From a virus (lineage: Duplodnaviria; Caudoviricetes): a stretch of DNA of 53,289 nt. The notes beneath the pieces are model-generated. The model was not told the DNA's origin, made no database searches, and was given only the letters and a program-made list of their open reading frames with translations. The position numbers and the translations under genes were made by a program. The DNA lies in IMG/VR virus record IMGVR_UViG_3300020473_000040, positions 1-53,289 of that record, one strand, 5' to 3'. This document shows positions 37,163 through 46,200 of the stretch, piece by piece. Positions within the stretch are counted from its first letter, which is position 1. Every line of letters begins with the position of its first letter.

Positions 37163-38044
37163 ATGATTATTTCTCATGAGCATAAATTTGTCTTTTTTAA
37201 ACCTATGAAGGTTGCTGGCTCCAGTGTAGAAGTCGCCCTAAGCAAGCACTGTGGAGAAGATGATGTTCTAACTGGAACGAATCACTTTGATGAGCTGTCT
37301 TCTAGAGAGTATGACTATCCCAGTAGGAACAATATCTTCTCCCACAAGCTAAAGGGTGATGTTGCACTTTCCGCCATGATGCAGAGTGGAAATATTGATA
37401 AAGTGACACCTGAGATGATGGAGGCAGGCATCTTCGTTGATGTTCTAGAGCCTAGATTTCACATGCATGCCTTCCCTGATCAGGTCCTCACGCTGTATGA
37501 GAAAGACATATCTGACTATAGGATGATCACAATTGTTAGAAATCCGTGGGATATGCTTGTCTCCTTTTTCTGGTGGTCCTTCTATGCCTCTCCAGCTGGA
37601 TATGTTGACTCTAGAGGGCAGGTTCATAAAGATGGTAATTCTCTAGGGTTTAGTGTCTCAAGCCACCCAGAAGTTGCCCCAAGGGAGTCAGACAACGCCG
37701 AGACACTCATGAGAAAGATGGAAGTGTTCTGTCAGCTTTCTGGAGACTTTAAGGGCCCTGATGGTGTGGAGAGAAATCAAAATGTTCTTGACTGGCTAGT
37801 TCGAACCAGCGAGAGGTTCTATCAGATAGGCTATGATCACATCCTTCAATATGAAGCACTTCAAGACGACTATGATAAGTTATGCTTCTCCCTGGGCATA
37901 TCCCAAGAGATACTTCCAAGACTAAAGACAGGCCAGAGAAAGGCAAAGCTTCCGTATCACTGCTATTACAACGCATGGACCAGGAGTCGTATCGACTCTA
38001 AGTTTTCAATGTGGCTTGAAAAGTTTGAATATACTTTTGATTAA
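37163..38044 (+). CDS. Sulfotransferase family protein (Sulfotransfer_2-like)
   Basis: Start ATG 37163, MIISHEHKFVFFKPMKVAGSSV (5'-PSB loop). 3'-PB motif IVRNPWDMLVS and C-terminal 'YEALQDD...LPRLK...YY...FEYTF'. Confidence 0.85.
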   Translation: MIISHEHKFVFFKPMKVAGSSVEVALSKHCGEDDVLTGTNHFDELSSREYDYPSRNNIFSHKLKGDVALSAMMQSGNIDKVTPEMMEAGIFVDVLEPRFHMHAFPDQVLTLYEKDISDYRMITIVRNPWDMLVSFFWWSFYASPAGYVDSRGQVHKDGNSLGFSVSSHPEVAPRESDNAETLMRKMEVFCQLSGDFKGPDGVERNQNVLDWLVRTSERFYQIGYDHILQYEALQDDYDKLCFSLGISQEILPRLKTGQRKAKLPYHCYYNAWTRSRIDSKFSMWLEKFEYTFD

Positions 38045-38058
38045 TTGGCTCCTTCTAG

Positions 38059-38065
38059 ATATTTA
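38059..38065 (+). promoter_or_regulatory. Putative late-promoter motif ATAnTTA (ATATTTA)
   Basis: Intergenic, 90 nt upstream of ATG 38156 and just upstream of a structured leader. Confidence 0.55.
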
Positions 38066-38074
38066 TCACTAAGC

Positions 38075-38127
38075 CCGGTGCATGGTATAAGGCGGAACCT
38101 ACACGCTAGCATCGGAAGCATGTACGG
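38075..38127 (+). ncRNA. Candidate structured cis-regulatory 5' leader RNA
   Basis: CCG(G)TGCATG (38075-38084) pairs with CATGTACGG (38119-38127), enclosing the hairpin AGG-CGGAA-CCT (38090-38100) and a second CGGAA (38113-38117). A GC-rich island among AT-rich intergenic gaps. Confidence 0.5.
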
Positions 38128-38155
38128 TAAACACTAACCTAAAAAAGGAGAAATT

Positions 38156-38671
38156 ATGCCAAGTATTAAAATTGATGGAACTAGAGGTCTAGTCCAGGAA
38201 GCTGGTAACACAATGCCTCTCACGCTAGATTCCAGCAACACAGTTGTCAAAGTTGCAGTTGTCAAGAACACATCTGCATTTGTTAGAAATTCAGACTCAA
38301 TCGTTGAGTGGGCGCAGCCTGCAAACACCTTTATTATGGGAATTGATCTGCTCAGCTTATCAGCACCATCCACAGGCACAGGTAACAGTCTGGGTTATGA
38401 AGTAGGAACATCAAGCTCAGGTGCACAGATCGTTGCTACTCATGCTGATGATATCATTGATGTGGGTGCTGATGGAACTGACCTTGCAAAGGGCGGTCTA
38501 GTTAGACTTACAATGGTTCGTGTCACAACAGACGACACAACACTAGCTGCAGACGCTTCATACACAGCTTCAGCAAGAACAGTTTATCTTAATACTACTT
38601 GTGATAATGCTGCTGCTGTGACATCAGCAGGCACAGTGGCTTGGATTATTAAGTACATTTGTTTCGAATAG
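38156..38671 (+). CDS. Hypothetical beta-rich protein (171 aa), possible abundant capsid-decoration/virion protein
   Basis: Strong AAGGAG RBS, with its own promoter motif and terminator. A/T/G/V/S-rich jelly-roll-like pattern, near the capsid gene. Confidence 0.6.
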   Translation: MPSIKIDGTRGLVQEAGNTMPLTLDSSNTVVKVAVVKNTSAFVRNSDSIVEWAQPANTFIMGIDLLSLSAPSTGTGNSLGYEVGTSSSGAQIVATHADDIIDVGADGTDLAKGGLVRLTMVRVTTDDTTLAADASYTASARTVYLNTTCDNAAAVTSAGTVAWIIKYICFE

Positions 38672-38691
38672 AGCATATCTTGCTAATCTAT

Positions 38692-38722
38692 AAAGACACC
38701 CTGCTACAGGGTGTCTTTTTTT
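38692..38722 (+). terminator. Rho-independent terminator
   Basis: AAAGACACCCTG-CTA-CAGGGTGTCTTT followed by further Ts. Confidence 0.9.
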
Positions 38723-38737
38723 ATTCTTGTATGGGGA

Positions 38738-38744
38738 ATAATTA
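38738..38744 (+). promoter_or_regulatory. Putative late-promoter motif ATAnTTA (ATAATTA)
   Basis: Just after the terminator, 16 nt upstream of the tubulin-like ATG 38761. Confidence 0.5.
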
Positions 38745-38760
38745 TCTATAGAGATAATTT

Positions 38761-39990
38761 ATGGCGTCTAGTTTAAAAAATCTTAGAAAAGACCTAAGAG
38801 ACCCTAAGTCTAAAGGGCAAGAGGGGACAGATATCAATTCTAAGTTTTACGCCGATCAAGATATAATGGAAAATAACCTAGTGCTAGACGATAATAGCAA
38901 GCAAGAGAGCGATCCGTCCCCAATTAAAAGAGAGATTAAAAAAGATATGAATACTAATGATGATTTTGACTTTGTAGCAGATTATGATGACGCTGTCGAG
39001 GGAGAGAGTGGAACGCTTCTCCCTGAGAACACAGCGCCTTCTTCACTTTCAGTAGGCTTTATAGGTGTCGGTGGGGGCGGTGGAAAGATGGCCAAGGCTT
39101 TTATTGATATGGGATTTACTCAGACCCTGGTCGTGAACACTACAGATAAAGATCAACCTACAGGATTGGGAGAAGATCACTTTCTCTTGATCCCGGGCGC
39201 TGACGGCGTCGGAAAGAATGTTGAGCTAGGTCGACAGATCCTGTCTAACAATAGTGCCCTGGTTGAAGATCATCTTCGATCAAAGGTTGGTCGAGTAGAC
39301 TGGCTGTTTGTTCTCGCAGGTGGCGGCGGTGGCACAGGAAGCTCGTGTCATTCTCTAGATTCTGCTCTTCAGCGGTACCTTAAGTCTGTTTCTGCTTCTG
39401 GAAATGTTGTCTATGTCGTGACCGCACCAACAGCTCAGGAGCTCTTGAATCCCACTATTAAGAAGAACTATGAGGCACTGCTCTCGGATGTCTCTGGATC
39501 TGCCCATGTGGTTATAGACAATGAACGACAGCTGCAGCTTCTAAGAGGCAAGGTTGGAATGCTGGGACTTTATCCTACTGCCAATAAGAACTTTGCCAAG
39601 CTAATTGCACAGGTTCTAAAGCTGTCTTCAGAATCATCTCCAATTCAGACATTTGACTCAAAGGATCTTGAAGCATGCCTGTCGACAAGTGGGAGGCTTT
39701 TTCTTGGAACGACAGTCGTTAAAGATCCGAGTGATTCTAATTTAGGCTCCATGATTTATCAAAATTGCATGACTAAATCCCCCTGCCCCTCACCAAGCGG
39801 CAAAATAAAGACGGGTGTTCTTCTTCTCGTAGTTACAGAAGCGATGGCTTCAGACCCAGCCATTAGTACACAGCTCGAAGCGGCTATCTCTTATGTCGGA
39901 GGAAGAACAGATGCTCTGTTCTCTGGTGTCTATGTTAGAGAAGGGCTTCCCGGTCTTGTAGCTATTTCAGCTCTGGGCGGAATTGAGTAA
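38761..39990 (+). CDS. Tubulin/FtsZ-family GTPase (PhuZ/TubZ-like phage tubulin)
   Basis: T1 loop IGVGGGGGK, VNT, DGVGKN, signature GGGGGTGS, IDN, 'YPTANK' and T7-like FDSKD. It has a ~95-aa charged N-terminal extension and no FtsZ C-terminal tail. Start could be a downstream ATG. Confidence 0.9.
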   Translation: MASSLKNLRKDLRDPKSKGQEGTDINSKFYADQDIMENNLVLDDNSKQESDPSPIKREIKKDMNTNDDFDFVADYDDAVEGESGTLLPENTAPSSLSVGFIGVGGGGGKMAKAFIDMGFTQTLVVNTTDKDQPTGLGEDHFLLIPGADGVGKNVELGRQILSNNSALVEDHLRSKVGRVDWLFVLAGGGGGTGSSCHSLDSALQRYLKSVSASGNVVYVVTAPTAQELLNPTIKKNYEALLSDVSGSAHVVIDNERQLQLLRGKVGMLGLYPTANKNFAKLIAQVLKLSSESSPIQTFDSKDLEACLSTSGRLFLGTTVVKDPSDSNLGSMIYQNCMTKSPCPSPSGKIKTGVLLLVVTEAMASDPAISTQLEAAISYVGGRTDALFSGVYVREGLPGLVAISALGGIE

Positions 39991-40091
39991 AAAATAAGAA
40001 ATCTTTTAGAGATTTTTATTCAAATATGCTGAAGACCTCCTAGTAGGGTCCACGATCAGTATTTTCATTGTTGAATCTCCAGTTTGAGTCC

Positions 40092-40108
40092 ATACTTATG
40101 GATAGTTA
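40092..40108 (+). promoter_or_regulatory. Tandem putative late-promoter motifs ATACTTA and ATAGTTA
   Basis: Copies at 40092-40098 and 40102-40108, 10 bp apart, upstream of the GGAG RBS and ATG 40129. Confidence 0.55.
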
Positions 40109-40128
40109 TTGAATCAATTGGAGTGTCA

Positions 40129-41313
40129 ATGGCAACATTTGCAAATACAACGAATCCCACGCCCTTTGGGTTCTTTGACGCTGACACAGACTTTCAGGCG
40201 GAAGCTGATAATATCATCACTTTTGTCAAGAGAAAGATGGGTGATGACATCTTGTCTGTTGAGCTAACTAAGAAGCAGATTTGGGCTAACTTTGAAGAGT
40301 CTTGTCTGGAATATGGTTCGATATTAAACCAATATCAAGCAAAGTCTCAGTTGGTTCAATTCTTAGGAATGCCCACTACTGGGTCTGATGGTCACATGTC
40401 AGGATCAGAAGGAAAATACCCTAGAGAGAATCTTGAGTATCTAATTAGATTTGCTGAACCGTACGCCATGGAGGCTGGAGTCGGTGGATCATATGACATG
40501 ATATCTGGTTCAATTGAACTTGAGAACGGTCGTCAAGATTATGATATTTACTCTGAGCTTAAAAATGCAGCTGGAGATACAATATTCACTTCTGGTTCAA
40601 ATGCTCGACCTAAGACAAAGTTAAAGGTAAGTGAAGTGTTTCATTTTGGACCCGAAGCTGCCTATAGGTTCTTTGATACAACAAGTGCCATAAACTATCT
40701 TAATAACGAATTTTCATTTGAATCATTTACACCTGAGACTATATTCTATGTTCTTCCAGTCTTTGAAGATATCCTAAGAGCAGGGCAGCTAGATCTCTCC
40801 AATAGGGTCCGTAGGTCAAACTATTCCTACAAGCTCATTGGTAAAAACTTAAGAATATACCCGCAACCTACAAACATAGAGACAAAGAAGCTATATCTGA
40901 GAGTGATGTATCATCCAGATCCACTAAATCCATCTTACCATGATGAGACTATTGGGGGTGTTTCGAATCTCTCTAATATTCCATTTGGAAATTTAAACTA
41001 TAATAAGATTAACAGCATAGGTAGACAGTGGATACGACAATATGCTCTTGCCCTATCAAGAGAGCAGCTTGGGTTAATTAGGTCAAAGTTTGGAAACATT
41101 CCTGTCCCGGGTGCTGAAGTTTCTTTAAATGGTTCCGATTTAATAACCCAGGGAAGGGCAGATAGAGACGCCCTCGTTACTCAACTAAAGGAGATGCTAG
41201 ATACTTTGACATATGACAAGATTATGGAGACAGCTTCAAATAGAGCAGAATTTATACAGAAACAGCTCAGATTTTCACCCATGCCAAATGGGTGGTCAAT
41301 TTTTATGGGGTAA
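40129..41313 (+). CDS. Neck/head-tail adaptor protein (T4 gp13-like)
   Basis: 'KRKMGDDILSVELTKKQI' and 'WIRQYALALSREQLGLIRSKF.NIPVPGAEVSLNGSDL...MG' follow the gp13-type pattern. First gene of the neck-sheath-tube run. Confidence 0.8.
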   Translation: MATFANTTNPTPFGFFDADTDFQAEADNIITFVKRKMGDDILSVELTKKQIWANFEESCLEYGSILNQYQAKSQLVQFLGMPTTGSDGHMSGSEGKYPRENLEYLIRFAEPYAMEAGVGGSYDMISGSIELENGRQDYDIYSELKNAAGDTIFTSGSNARPKTKLKVSEVFHFGPEAAYRFFDTTSAINYLNNEFSFESFTPETIFYVLPVFEDILRAGQLDLSNRVRRSNYSYKLIGKNLRIYPQPTNIETKKLYLRVMYHPDPLNPSYHDETIGGVSNLSNIPFGNLNYNKINSIGRQWIRQYALALSREQLGLIRSKFGNIPVPGAEVSLNGSDLITQGRADRDALVTQLKEMLDTLTYDKIMETASNRAEFIQKQLRFSPMPNGWSIFMG

Positions 41314-41316
41314 TAG

Positions 41317-41979
41317 ATGGCTAGACTTTTTATCACACCTAGAGAGATAGATTTTATTAATGATACTGCAAAAGAGCTTGTCAAGGATGTCATAGGTCAG
41401 AAGATTTACTATTTTCAGATATCAGAAATTAAAACAAATGTTCACGATGTCTATGAGGAAGCTCCTGAGAAAATTTTTGAGACTCCAATAGCCATCGATG
41501 CTCTAGTAAAATATGAACCACAAGCCATCAAGACAAATAGGTTCGGTAGTGAAGAATATTACGGAATAGAAGTCTATATTCAAAAGAGAGATCTAATCGA
41601 AAAGGGAATTAAGATACTAGAGGGTGATTTTTTTAGCTATGGAACTGTATTTTTTGAGGTTGTTACAGCTCCTGATTCGAATGATATTTTTGGAGAAATT
41701 GAATACAAGAGCTTTATTACTGTCAAAGGTAAGCAGGCAAGAGCTGGTCAATTTGTTTCCAGAGTGTTTGGTCCGACTTCTGAGGAATATACAGATGAAG
41801 ATGCTGTTCAAGAGACGTTTATCCAGCAAAGAGGATTTGAAAACAATAGAGATGGACCGACTGCAGACAGAAGAAATCTTAGAGAGAAAGGTGTTCTTGA
41901 TGAGCCAATATCTGGTCCTTCCGAAGTCTCTAGGAGAGGAATTTCTGGAAAGACGGGGTCTAGCTTTTATGATGAATAG
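41317..41979 (+). CDS. Neck/head-closure protein (T4 gp14-like)
   Basis: 'GQKIYY...DVYEEA..KIF..P...RFG...EGD', and its position after the gp13-like gene. Confidence 0.7.
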   Translation: MARLFITPREIDFINDTAKELVKDVIGQKIYYFQISEIKTNVHDVYEEAPEKIFETPIAIDALVKYEPQAIKTNRFGSEEYYGIEVYIQKRDLIEKGIKILEGDFFSYGTVFFEVVTAPDSNDIFGEIEYKSFITVKGKQARAGQFVSRVFGPTSEEYTDEDAVQETFIQQRGFENNRDGPTADRRNLREKGVLDEPISGPSEVSRRGISGKTGSSFYDE

Positions 41980-41993
41980 ACTGGGAGAAGTAG

Positions 41994-43205
41994 ATGGCTG
42001 AAGGAATTCCACCAAAGTTTGAAGGTACAAACATACCTGAAGATTTTCATATTCCTAGTTGCGGAATAGAAGATATTGATAGAGCTGTATTTGAATTGTT
42101 TGATAAGCGATTAAATTTTTCAATTGAGGTCGACGGAGAGTCTAAAAAAGTTCCTGTTGTCTTTGCTGCCGGTGAAAGATTTGCCCTAACTAGAAGATCT
42201 TCTAACTTTAGAGACGTCAATAACACACTTATACTTCCAATTATCTCTATTGACAGGGGGGCAATTGACTTTTCTCCCACGCTTGGGGGATATGGGACAC
42301 CAATCGCAACAAGAGATCAGATATCATATACAGTAAAGAGAAGACTGAGCGAGGCTGATAGAGACTATCAAAACATAGTCAATAAAAAGAGACTTAAGAA
42401 TCAGTCAAATGTTGCAACAAGGGGAAATTTTGGGAATACTACTGAATTTCCCGGACTTTATTCTAAGCCTGGGTCTGCGGCGTCAAGAAGAAATTCAACA
42501 AATTTATCCTTTTTAAGCTCTCATCCTGAAGATTTGTTTAATCCCGATCTTGGAAATAATATTTTTGAGATCATTACACTTCCATATCCAGAATTTATTT
42601 TAATTGAATATAGTGTTTCTTTTTGGACTCAGTATATGCAAAATATGAACAAGCTTCTAGAGTCAATGTTGATTCAATTTGATGGACAGGAAAAGGCATT
42701 TCAAATCATTACAAGAAACGGATATGAGCTAGTTGCCTACTTTCAGGGACAGTTTTCAGCTGACACTAATTTTAATGACTACACAGACACAGAGAGGGTC
42801 ATTAAGTATAATTTTAATCTTAAGGTCCCAGGTCCAATCATTGCACCTGACGTAGAGGGATTACCAAACCCATTTAGAAGATTTCTTTCAGCGCCTCAGA
42901 TAGACTTTGGAGTTAAACAGGTGAGTACACAGATTTCTTCAACCTCTGCCAAAGGACCTCCAGAAAATGATATTAATAAATTTATACTTAGCGACGTTGA
43001 AGAAATGGACGCAAGAGGAGATCAACCCACTCAGCGTGGGAGGGATGGAGTTAGACAACTACAGGCAATTAAAGACCCATTTACTGGCAAGGAGACCAAA
43101 AAGTTTGTAAAGATTTTAACTAGAAATCAAAGGGCGGGAGAGACAGTTGCAAGCTCTCGAATTATTGTCGACCTAGAAACAATAAATGATACTGATACTG
43201 AATAA
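41994..43205 (+). CDS. Tail terminator/sheath-stabiliser protein (T4 gp15-like)
   Basis: 'KVPVVFAAGER...LPIISIDR...P..I.YSVSFWTQYMQNMNKLLE' pattern, directly before the sheath genes. Confidence 0.7.
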   Translation: MAEGIPPKFEGTNIPEDFHIPSCGIEDIDRAVFELFDKRLNFSIEVDGESKKVPVVFAAGERFALTRRSSNFRDVNNTLILPIISIDRGAIDFSPTLGGYGTPIATRDQISYTVKRRLSEADRDYQNIVNKKRLKNQSNVATRGNFGNTTEFPGLYSKPGSAASRRNSTNLSFLSSHPEDLFNPDLGNNIFEIITLPYPEFILIEYSVSFWTQYMQNMNKLLESMLIQFDGQEKAFQIITRNGYELVAYFQGQFSADTNFNDYTDTERVIKYNFNLKVPGPIIAPDVEGLPNPFRRFLSAPQIDFGVKQVSTQISSTSAKGPPENDINKFILSDVEEMDARGDQPTQRGRDGVRQLQAIKDPFTGKETKKFVKILTRNQRAGETVASSRIIVDLETINDTDTE

Positions 43206-43225
43206 GACATTTGATGTTCAGGTCA

Positions 43226-43232
43226 ATAGTTA
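43226..43232 (+). promoter_or_regulatory. Putative late-promoter motif ATAnTTA (ATAGTTA)
   Basis: 34 nt upstream of sheath 1 ATG 43267, with a GAGGAG RBS. Confidence 0.55.
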
Positions 43233-43266
43233 TATGTGTGTAGACTGATTTAGAGGAGAATGATCT

Positions 43267-46200
43267 ATGGCTGAGCAGACCTTCAGATCGCCAGGATTTT
43301 TTGAAAGAGAAATTGACCTATCTGGCAGAGTTCAGGAAGTTGCCGGAACTCCTGCCGGAATTGTTGGAACTTCAGAGTTCGGTCCAGCGTTTATTCCCGT
43401 CACCGTGGGATCTTTTGCAGACTTTAAGTCTAGATTTGGTGATTTAGATTCAACAAAGTTTGGACCATATGCAGTTAATGAGTTTCTTAAGAACAGAACT
43501 GCTGTAACATTTATGAGAGTCTTGGGAGCAGGTGCAAATTCTAATAGTACGGATATTCAAAATACTATTAACTTGGGCACTGTAAAGAATGCAGGATTTA
43601 GAATAAAAGGAGCTGAGGTCGGAAACGGCCACAAGGCTCACAAAGGCTCAGTTCAATTTTTAGGTGCAAAGCACACGTTGCAAACTAACGAGGCATTTGG
43701 CTATCCTGTATTTACAGACAATGACAGCTTTAATGTTTCACAAGGGGGAGATGTCTTTCTCATCCGTGGGATGATATTTACATCAACAGCCAGCCTCGTT
43801 CAAGTTCTCCCATACTGGGCCTCATACCCATCTTCAGGATCCAGAGTTGAGGATGTTGCTGCTGTTGGGATGAACATAAATGACTCTGTAAATTATAAAA
43901 AGTTTAAGATAGTAGTTTCAAGTTCTGTTGGGTCAACATTTTCCAATGACGAAGGGCAAGCTGGGATTAGAATATATACAGCCTCACTAGATCCTTCAAA
44001 TGAAAGCTATATTTCAAAAATTCTTAACACAAATCCCGAAAGATTTCAGGAAGAGCAGCACCTTTTGTACGGTGATTTTGCTGTTGAAGATGAGATTGCT
44101 ACAGTTACAAACTATGTTGGAGTTCTTTCAGGATCTGCTTCAACTTCCAAAGGGTCTGGTGACACATCTCAGACCTATAGGGATATGTACGGAAGATTCG
44201 ATACAAGATATGCTGCTGCAAAGACAACCTTCTTCAGGTCGCAGATGTATGGAAATTCAAAGTACGACTTGTTTTATTTTGAAACTCTAGATGACGGCGC
44301 TAATACTTGCGACAAATATAAGATTTCAATCTCCAATCTTAGAAAATCAACTGATCCAAAGAATGAGTATGGATCGTTTACCGTTCTCGTTAGATCGTTT
44401 AATGACTCTGACACTGCACAGGAGATACTAGAGCAGTATCCTCTTTGCACACTTGATCCAAATGATGAGAACTTTGTCGCTAGAAAGATCGGAGATCTAA
44501 GTGTTAAGTATAACTTTGACACACTAAGCGAAGATGAAAGAAGATTCGTAATATCAGGAAAGTATCCAAATGTATCTAGCAGGGTAAGGATAGTCCTAAG
44601 TGACGATTTACAGAATGGAAATGTTCCAAAAAGTGCTCTTCCCTTTGGATTTGCCGGGCTTCCCGCTCTAAAGACCAACAACCTTCTTTCAGATACAACT
44701 TCTTATGCAGCCCTTAAGGGGGTCTTTAAGGATATTCTCAATGGTGGTACAGATAGTGTTAGATTGGCTTTCAATTCAGGGTCTAATCTCGACGGGAGAT
44801 ACCACAACGAGGCTCAAGCTCTAACTGGATCAATTGTCCCACCCATGCCCATGACGTTTAAAGTCACCCAGGGAACTATGGGAACATCTGGCTATGCAGG
44901 AAAGCCTGGGACAAACGAGAGAGTCAATCCAAAGTATTATTGGGGAATTAAAACAACGAGAGTTCCCCTCACAGGAACCCTCTCTAATGCCGCCTTAAAT
45001 CCAAATGCATCTTCTGATACAAATCCACTAGTCAGGACGTATACAAAGTTTCTTGGAATTGAAAAAATGGATGCTCTTGTAACGGGCTCTGGAGCTGATG
45101 CTTTCTGTAATAACGAATTTTCGCTTAACAAGGTCGCTCTAAGTGTAACTCTCTCAGGAGAGGGAACTCAAGATCGGACGCTGATTAAATCTGTTGACCA
45201 GAATCTGACTGGAACAGCTGCTGAACACATGTTAGAGACTGCCTACATTAGAGACGGGCGTATCGCAGCCGGAAATTACTATACTATCGGGCAGGCTGGA
45301 ACGACTGATCTAAGGGTCTCACTAGGGTCTCTGTTGACCCTAACATCGTCTATTTTCTTTAACAGATTTACAGATTACGCAAAGTTTACCAACATTATGT
45401 ACGGTGGGTTTGATGGAAATAATATTCTTGATATTGATATGTCAAGAATGAATGACAGGGCTAGCTCCTCTGACCCAGGTGGAAAGGCAGGTATTACTGC
45501 TCCAGCAGCTGGCGGAGATCTTGACATTGGGCTCAATGCTATCTCAACTGTCGGGGCTGGAAAGTTTAATAATACAGTTGCTTCATATAGGTCAGCCATT
45601 GATATTATGACTGACCCAATGACTACAAGAATTAACATACTGGCCATTCCTGGAATTAGAGATAGTTTCATTACCGATCATGCTGCTGACAAAACACGAG
45701 AATACAGTCAGGCAATCTATCTAATGGATGTTCCAAGCTATAATGATTCTAGTTTAAGAATTTTTGACAATGATGGATTAAGACCAAATGTTGCAAAGAC
45801 TAGGGATAAATTTGATGGACGATCTCTTGACAACAACTATGCCGCAGCTTATTTCCCAGATGTGAATATCACTGACGATAGAAATGGAAATCCCGTAAGA
45901 GTTCCGGCGTCAATAGCGGCACTGAGCGCACTAGGATTTAATGACTCTGTTGCCTATCCCTGGTTCGCACCTGCAGGATTTAACAGGGCTGCTCTTTCAA
46001 ATGTCTCTAACGTGGCCACACGGCTTAACACAGCCGATAGAGATGACCTCTACGACTCTAGAATAAATCCAATAGCATCTTTTCCACAGGCAGGGTTTGT
46101 TATATTTGGACAGAAGACATTACAACAGGCTAAGTCTGCCCTTGATCGGGTCAATGTTAGAAGAATGCTTCTTGAAGTCAAGCGACTTATTTCTGACGTT

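Noticed and set aside
38075-38127. Assignment of the leader to a known riboswitch (e.g. c-di-GMP) or tRNA
   Set aside because: I could not find the conserved GNRA/receptor or kink-turn elements, a cloverleaf or a T-loop. Kept only as an unclassified candidate.
38761-39990. Host cell-division ftsZ (bacterial chromosome or prophage flank)
   Set aside because: No dcw-cluster neighbours, no FtsZ C-terminal linker or peptide, divergent T3/T7 loops, and phage morphogenesis genes on both sides.
39994-40050. Weak inverted repeats after the tubulin gene (AATAAGAAATCT...AGATTTTTATT; GACCTCCTAGTAGGGTC)
   Set aside because: The stems are AT-rich or bulged and lack a convincing T-tract; not enough to call a terminator.
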